From positions 186,001 through 250,000 of the forward strand of contig NOWV01000023.1 in assembly GCA_003344405.1 (NCBI GenBank): a DNA stretch of 64,000 nt, given 5' to 3'. This DNA is from Trichoplax sp. H2. Its lineage: Eukaryota. Below the pieces are notes generated by a model. The model saw only the letters and a program-made list of their open reading frames with translations. It was not told the DNA's origin and did no database searches. Position numbers and translations under genes: made by a program. This document shows positions 56,446 through 64,000 of this stretch, in pieces; position 1 is the first letter of the stretch; each line of letters begins with the position of its first letter.

Positions 56446-57323
56446 AAACTCATTAGCAGTAACTAAATCTTGACTCGCCATTAAATCTTTCATTCACTGT
56501 GGCTAACATGCAAAAAAGAAAACATGGCTGCTATTTTTTTTTTTGAGGGGGGGACTCATGCAACTGGATAGTGACTAATGTGGGGCTAATTTTTTCAATT
56601 TCTTTGTAATTTTGTCGTTGATAGATTATCTCGGAATGGTCTTAATTTCATCAGCAAGAAAGTGCTAATTCATTAGTTATCCATTGAAAGCTTAGTTGTG
56701 GAAAAAGGCAAGCCTTGATCGGCAATGATTGATCACCGTGATCACAGACTAATCAGATAAAAGTTACAGTGATCTTTGGAATTTTTGTATGAAATATTGC
56801 TTCGCTCTTTCTTTCTCCAACTATCCCAGTGTTATAAAGAGAAGTAACAAAGTGGTCAACTGGTAATACAAGACAAAACAGCCTTAATTCAACTTTACTG
56901 GATATCTTCTACTGAATACATCATTGATGATTACTTTGAGAACTGCTTAAGGATTCAACTTTATAATCCATGCGCAGCTTTTTGATAGTGCGAGATACCT
57001 TGTAATTCCTCTTGTACTCCATTGGTAAATGTTAACAGAATATGACAACAACGATATAAAAAGACTTTAATTTGCTTTCATCTTGAACAGGAGTAATAGG
57101 AAAAAGATTGAACTTTTCCAAATTATTGCACACGCTATCTACATCAACAGCTTGCTTTATCATTAATAACTAGATAAAATTAGAAAAGCATTGGACTGTA
57201 GTTTACATCACCTTGTGAAGAGATAGAATTTGGTCGCAGCGTTACATTTTATGATACAAGATTTGTAGTTCAGTTTGGGCTTATAAAATCGACACAGTTG
57301 GTAAATTGAAACGAAAAATTACT

Positions 57324-60300
57324 ATGGGTTGTAGCTCTAGTTTTCCTACTTCACCATCAGTTACTCATCAAGTGCTGAAAACTGCTCAAGTTACCATTGG
57401 AAAAAATATCCAGATAAGATCACAGAAAGCCAAGATATTTTTCCTATTCGGTAAGTTCAAATTGACATCCCATATTGTCTTCAATTTCTCTCCTGTTGAT
57501 TAATTTATTATGCTGAAGACGCTATACTGCTTCATTTTCGTTAATGGATAAGTTTCTCTACTTGAAAGACAAGTTTCATTAAGTGATAAATCATCATTAA
57601 TCTGATTACCATCTTCTATACTGCTTCATTTTCGTTGATGGATAAGTTTCATTAAGTGACAAATCATCATTAATCTGATTACCATCTTCTCTAATTGCAA
57701 CACGTTGATAATTTCAATTATCCTATATCGTACGAATTAGAGATGGTAAACTAGTATAACGGCCTAACGTCGACTACATCATTGCAGGTAGTGATGAGAC
57801 ATGTTTTTCAATACAATACGAGTATAGAAAAAAATAGATATGATCCACTTAGGTAAAATTTCATACAAGGAAGAGGGTGTAAATTTATTAATTCTCCTTT
57901 TCTATATCATCATAGTTTCATGTAATAACAATAAATAGAAAGATTTTTCCATGTGTGCATTGTATAGGCATGACTACAGACAAAGATCTTAGTTTAAATG
58001 AAAGATATGCATCATCAATAATGCTAAAAAGAAATCTTAAGACAGCAAGTACACGCTTAGCGCATTTTGAGCTATTAAATTATAAAACTAGATGCCAATA
58101 TACAAGTCTGTGCGCACCTTATCACTTTCATACTATGCAGGAAAAGTTACCTACAGTATCATTGACTACATATTTATAAGAAAGTTTAAAAACAGAAAGA
58201 CTTCAATTCTTGGCATAAAATTAAAATATTGGTTTCAAAAATAAGCATAAGAGTAACAATGTTTCTGTAACTTAATAAGCTAGACTGTGTTAGTTTTTTA
58301 ATTTTTAATAATACTATTTTTATAGTGCTATTATTCACTTAATTAACAGCACTATTACTTATACGATACCTTCATCTAAAATTATTCATAATCATTTTTA
58401 TGCACCTACTAAATCCATTCGTCAGTAAAAAAAATGAGTACATGTTGAAAATTGCTAATCAAAATATAGAAATCTTACCAACTTCGACAAATTCATTGCT
58501 TATCCATTTGAAACAATATCTTCATTGAGTGATATTTACTCTTGAACCAATTATATTATTTCGTCCTTTTTATCAAGAAGAAGAGTAAGATAGTAGCTTG
58601 GCCAATGTACAGTAAACGTAACCTTTAAATTAAGTTAAGCTAAAGGAGTTTCAGTGTCGTCCAGTAATATTATAGGATAAAGATAGATTAATATGGCATA
58701 ACTGAAAAGGTATTTGACTTGATCAAACCTGTCTTTGGAGATACTTCTTAATGAATACTCATCCGAGAAAGATAATATGTCTACCATTCATGCTACAATC
58801 TAAGTTGAATCATGAATCATATAGAAGAGATGACCTATCTTAAACCATTAAAGATATCTTATTAATACATCATATACCGTACACTATCTGTAAAGATAGT
58901 GAAAAATCTTCAATGACTATACTGATGAAATAGTTTACTCAAATTAAATAATACATTGGCCTGTTATTATCATCGTTTTGTTATTCCGCTTATTTTTCAA
59001 CTATAATAATGGCTTCCTTTTAAATCCAAGTACCAGTTTATTTAATATGCAGCAAACGAAACGGATATAATTTATTTTATAGTGCAACAAACAATACATT
59101 GCTCTTTCTAGGCATCATAGTCTTAAGGAGAAATTTACTTAATGTAAAATCCCAGACGCAAGCAATTTTAAATTTTGTCTTACCAATCATCAATTCCTAT
59201 ACGCGGATATGCCCTTAGTAATAGAGACAGTAGCCTGACATCGATGATACGTAAAAGATCAAAGTTTTAATTTTATACTTCGTTACCAACATTGTTATTT
59301 GACAATTATTAAATGATATTGCTTTGACCAGATTTCCTTTCCTTCCTTTGCGTCTTAATTTAGCTTTTTTACGTTTTGCCAATTTTACTGAGGTTTTTAA
59401 GAATCAAGCTTTGATCTTTAAATGAATTCATCAATACCTTAATTAGAGTATTTAACACAACTCTTTCATTGGACAAACTAATTAATTAATTAATCAGCCA
59501 ACCTTATCGCTATTATTAGACTAAATTAGAAGTAGAAAATTTGGAAATCGTTTCTATATACATTATTATCTTTACTTTTAGCGTTATGATCATTCAGATT
59601 GTAAATTTGCAAGCAAATTATGCAATTTATCTTTAGTATACTGTATTAATGCCGTAGAATGATAACCCTAAATGAGCCAACAATGACGTAATGTTTGCTG
59701 TAGTCGAAAGCTAATAATTTACTTACCGAGCATCATTTATTTGTTTTTGGTTAAGTGTATATCATAGCAATGATGTTTCCATCGTTATGGCTTCCAAATA
59801 GAATTGACACAATGCGAAATGGCAGAAGTGATAGATTTTAGTATCGTGCGATAAATACTGTTTGTAACTGTAGATTTTCCAATAGAAGATTAGTAAAGTA
59901 ACAATATTTTATAAAGATTTGGGTATAAATTGTACTCACTCACACTCGAATGTTCAGCTTACTTTTATAAGCTGTTCCTACTTTATCTAATTTTCGCTCG
60001 TTCAACTTCTTGTGAATTAAAACTATGGGCGTACGTAGCTTAATTAATTTTCATTTACTGATTATTATAAATTTTTTAGTCCTATTACTGAAAGTCCAGC
60101 TATGACATCTGTTTAGTAGATTATTGTTTGCTATTACTTTGTTTGTATTTTAGAATTTTATATTAAACACCAACTAAACCCACACACCATACAGTGTTAA
60201 CTAGATTTCCAGCTCTTGATACTTTGCTTCAATTTAATAAAGTAATTTACAATTATGCTACTAAGCGCTACTAAGCCGTAGTATCATACTGTTACATATC

Positions 60301-62658
60301 TAAGTTAATAACTGTAACCAATGAGTTCGTTCTTGACAGGCTGCTGGGTAGATTCTGTAAATGTACAACCTACTAATCCTGCTAGTGTTACTTAGGTTGT
60401 ACATTTCCTTTGGGAAGATTTTCAGAAGATTTGATGCTATTGCCATACTATGACTACTGTTGACATGTGCTGACATATATAGTAGTGGCTACCGTTGTAG
60501 TTTATTATTTGATTTTGGAAAAGTTAGCTAAATATATCATAGTTGCGAAGTTTTGCTCCATAATTAATTTAGGAAAGCAAATTAACTATCACAGTATTTT
60601 ACTTAAGACAACGTATTGCAGAAAGGAAGAACTTACATCATCAATACTGTAGCCATCATAGTAGGCTGTCTCGTTTGATCCGATACTAATCTATTAAGTA
60701 ATGACAACTCTGAGCTGGAAGTTACCAACAATACATAGCTAGGTGTGCAGATAGACCCGTATAAGTCCCATGTAAAAATACATTTATTTTAGCGAGTTAT
60801 CAGTCAACCTGTAAGAAAGTGTTTATTTTTAATGTACGTATCTTATCGACATATCATTTTTTTCGACTCGACAGATTCAACAATAAATTATTTAAGTTAA
60901 TGTCCATTTTATGAAAGCAGCTTTTAAAATGACTTTTTATATCCTGAATCATAAGCAATTTCTGCTAAATAACTTTTAAATTAGCAATTGAATTTTATAC
61001 TAGTATACTTATCACAAATGAACGCTTTCTTCAAACACATTTTTTAACTTAGGCGGTCCAGGATCTTGTAAGGGTCGAATTGTCCATGATATTATATCTG
61101 TATTTCGTTTTAAACTCATTTCCGCGGAAGAGTTACTTATTAAATCTTTGCCTAGAAAATTAGCCAATGTCGTATCTTTAGACGATATCAACGATATTAT
61201 GCAAATCATTCGCACAGAACCCAAACATATTACGTTAAGTTGGGTCTTTTCACTTATTATTCGAGAAATTGAAAGTTTACTAACAAGTAGTGATTGCTTC
61301 CTCGTTGACGTTATTCCCAACATGAGATTTCTATTGCGTCATCAAGAATTTGTTAAAGATTGCCGACAAGAAATGGAAGAATTCGAAAAACAAGTAGGAT
61401 ACAAGAATAGCATTGATAAAAGTTATCTAAATATAAGCTTTAATAGTGGAGAATATTTTTAATGTCGATATATATGATAATCAATTTTATCTAAGTTTTG
61501 CTTTCATTTACTTGATCATAGTGGCCGATTGTTTGCGGTATCTCATTAAATATAACTCAAAATGCCATTAAGACCAGAGATAACCGCGCAAAGGGTGCTA
61601 CATCAGTAGCGTTATCACAAAGTGATGAAGCTGATATGAGTAAAACACAACGTCGACTAGCACTGTATCAAGGATGCGTAAAGAATTTTGTAAATTACTT
61701 TAAATCTACTGAACGTTTGATTACTTTTGACGTATCTGGTAAAGATCAAGAGGCAACTTGGAATCAAGTTTCTAACTTCTTTACCAAGAATTTAGATTTT
61801 GATCCCATGAAGCATAGCTATATTGTTATGTTCTTTTGCTTTAGTAAGTTAACGGTTGCCCAAATTTAAATGTAAATGTTACCAATCATCTATTGATAAA
61901 TTTATTATATTAGACATATTTTCCATTATTTACTCATACTATTTCCTATGCATTGGATTATGTATGATTTAGGTATCGATGATCTTCGAATTTTAAACAA
62001 CACGAGTTCTGATTCTAACGTTGATGTCGTTAAGTTCTCCGATGTTATCAACGCAGATAGCATGCAAATTGTAAGACATAACAAATTAATTTTTTGATTT
62101 TCTAATATTAATTTTAGTTCTCACGATAATTTTACATTGATTTGCTTGCAGGACCAGCAACTGAAGAATTTATATCATCACATCCTTCAACGCGCACTAC
62201 ATCGTCGTTACTTTATTGTTGATCTAACTGATAGCACGATAAAGTCCAGTGGTATGAACGAGGTATCACATCAATTTTGTAGATTTTGACTTTCACTTTA
62301 TAACAATAACGTGTATTGACTCGTTGCTCGTTGTTATGTCTCATAAGAAATAGTTATAAGACCTTAAGCGAAATTTATATATTTTGATACCCTTAACTTT
62401 TAATTACCTTTGTTTCGAAGCAATATTGATTAATATAGATATTTAATTTTCCATTAGTTTCCAGGATCTGCCATCATGTTTATAGATTCATTGAAAGAAT
62501 TTAGTAAAGACAATATAATCGAGAGAAGGAATGGCATGTCTAACATGGATCTGACAAATTTTAAAGCTTTTTACTTAACGAACAACGAAATATTGTTCTT
62601 TCCACGAGCGATAGATTCAGAAGCCTGTCGTAGGATTGCTCTTTGTATGAAGAAATGA
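57324..62658 (+). CDS. Adenylate kinase-like (AK1/AK5-type fold) protein with N-terminal MGCSSS motif and degenerate catalytic motifs; 6 exons
   Basis: Exon 1 (57324-57450) MGCSSS...KIFFLFG splices in phase to exon 2 (from 61053) giving GGPGSCKGRIV...FKLISAEELL...CFLVDVIPN...EEFEKQ, then SDEADMSKTQRRLALY...VNYFKSTERLITFDVS...TWNQV; ends CRRIALCMKK* at 62658. Confidence 0.78.
57523..57690. repeat. Intronic tandem duplication of about 95 bp; the second copy is about 21 bp shorter
   Basis: CTATACTGCTTCATTTTCGTT(A/G)ATGGATAAGTTTC...ATTAAGTGA(T/C)AAATCATCATTAATCTGATTACCATCTTCT occurs twice. Confidence 0.9.
60359..60406. repeat. Perfect 14-bp inverted repeat with a 20-nt spacer
   Basis: AAATGTACAACCTA (60359-60372) and TAGGTTGTACATTT (60393-60406). 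Confidence 0.85.
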
Positions 62659-64000
62659 AAAAATTTACTCACAATCCTTATTCGCAGTATTTACAGTATG
62701 AATGACATTTTCTTTTCCTTGTTTTAAAATAAATGGATGCTTAATGTTTTACTCTTTGTTGCCCTTCTACTGATTAAAATGCTGCAGACGTATAGCTCAA
62801 GATTTGTTTCATTGTACGTTGACAGCCATTTTCATTTCCTGTCTTTTGATTGTACAAATGACAAAGTTACCTTTAGCTGTATAGAACTTGTTTATATTAT
62901 TTGTATGGATGTATCTTAAGATTATCCCATACTTGCAAAATTTTAAAATTTTTGATTTCAATGTAGAGTACTGTCTAGAGAGTATTTCTATTTTAATTTT
63001 TTAATTTTTCGATTATTGTAAATACTTTAATATTTTTGTAAAATAGAACAAATTATACAGTACAGTAACTTCATCACAAACTACAATTTGCAATATTCGG
63101 TGTGATAGTGAATTATTAGCTATTTCATCAAATTCTACAAGAAATTAATATGTTAAATCATGATTCAAATATTATTACTGTATTTAACTTAAGGTATTTT
63201 AGTGGTGATGCTACTTAGATCACGATATGAATGAAATTACTTGATTAGTGTACCTACCTTCATTCTTAACCGTTACTAAATCTGAGTACATCATAATTCG
63301 CTAAATATGATAATCTTGAGATTTCTATTGTAAATTAATATAAAATTGTTCATATTGGGTAACTAGATTTTACTATTTTGTTATAATTTCTGACTCTATA
63401 AATGATATAAATATAGAATGTAACGCTAATGGCTCTCTCCTAACTTATTGGCTCTAGCTTGAGTCTAGGATGCTTGTTACTTTGATCTGCGGCTCAATAG
63501 TAGGATCTAACAATAGCGATTTTATTTAACGTAACTTGCTATTTATAGCTGTATTTACTAATTTAATGCACTGATGCTAATTACATTTAATCTATGCTAT
63601 AACATTTCAAATTAAAAGCTCTATGGACTAGTTAGACAATGATTCATGAATAGACTTAAATTTTTTATATGATTATGTATTTGTTGTACTGTATTTATTG
63701 GAAAAGTTCTATTGAATCTTCTGTTGATCCTTTATTATTATTGAATTCTATTTAGATTGATTAATATATAACAAATTTTATTGGAAAAACTCGCTTTCTC
63801 ATTATAACTTGTATTTATTGTAATAACAAAAATGCTTGAACTCAAGTGTTGTATTGCATCTTTTTGGTTTTATTGATTGTGTGACTAATTATTACCTATC
63901 TATTAAAATTCGTTCTGAAGACAATGCCAGGAAAATAAAAATCTGGTAACATTTTAATGATAAAAATAGATTCAATATTTCGACACGATCAGTTTTATAG

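Overview
AT-rich, intron-dense animal genomic DNA with short GT-AG introns; the compact gene structure and pervasive TACTGTA/TACAGTA motifs suggest a placozoan such as Trichoplax (inference, not verified). Seven spliced protein-coding genes can be reconstructed by hand: TBC1D2-like PH+TBC Rab-GAP (+, 5' end unresolved), KIAA2013-like (-), CPSF3 (+), SH3YL1 (-), JMJD6 (+; exon 2 appears three times around two 20-N gaps, probably an assembly/haplotype artefact), an ankyrin-repeat protein read in frame into a MAP3K19/YSK4-type kinase (+), and an MGC-acylation-motif adenylate-kinase-like protein with degenerate catalytic motifs (+). Non-genic features include several 100-230 bp tandem repeats, ACTGT/ACAGT-rich clusters at divergent promoters, an RFX X-box upstream of the kinase, and a possible decayed TIR-like gene at about 53-56.4 kb. 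I found no clear evidence of a new multi-gene system. The best leads are the ANK-MAP3K19 architecture, the acylated pseudo-adenylate kinase (both possibly ciliary), and the promoter-associated pentamer arrays. Exon boundaries are manual predictions without transcript data.
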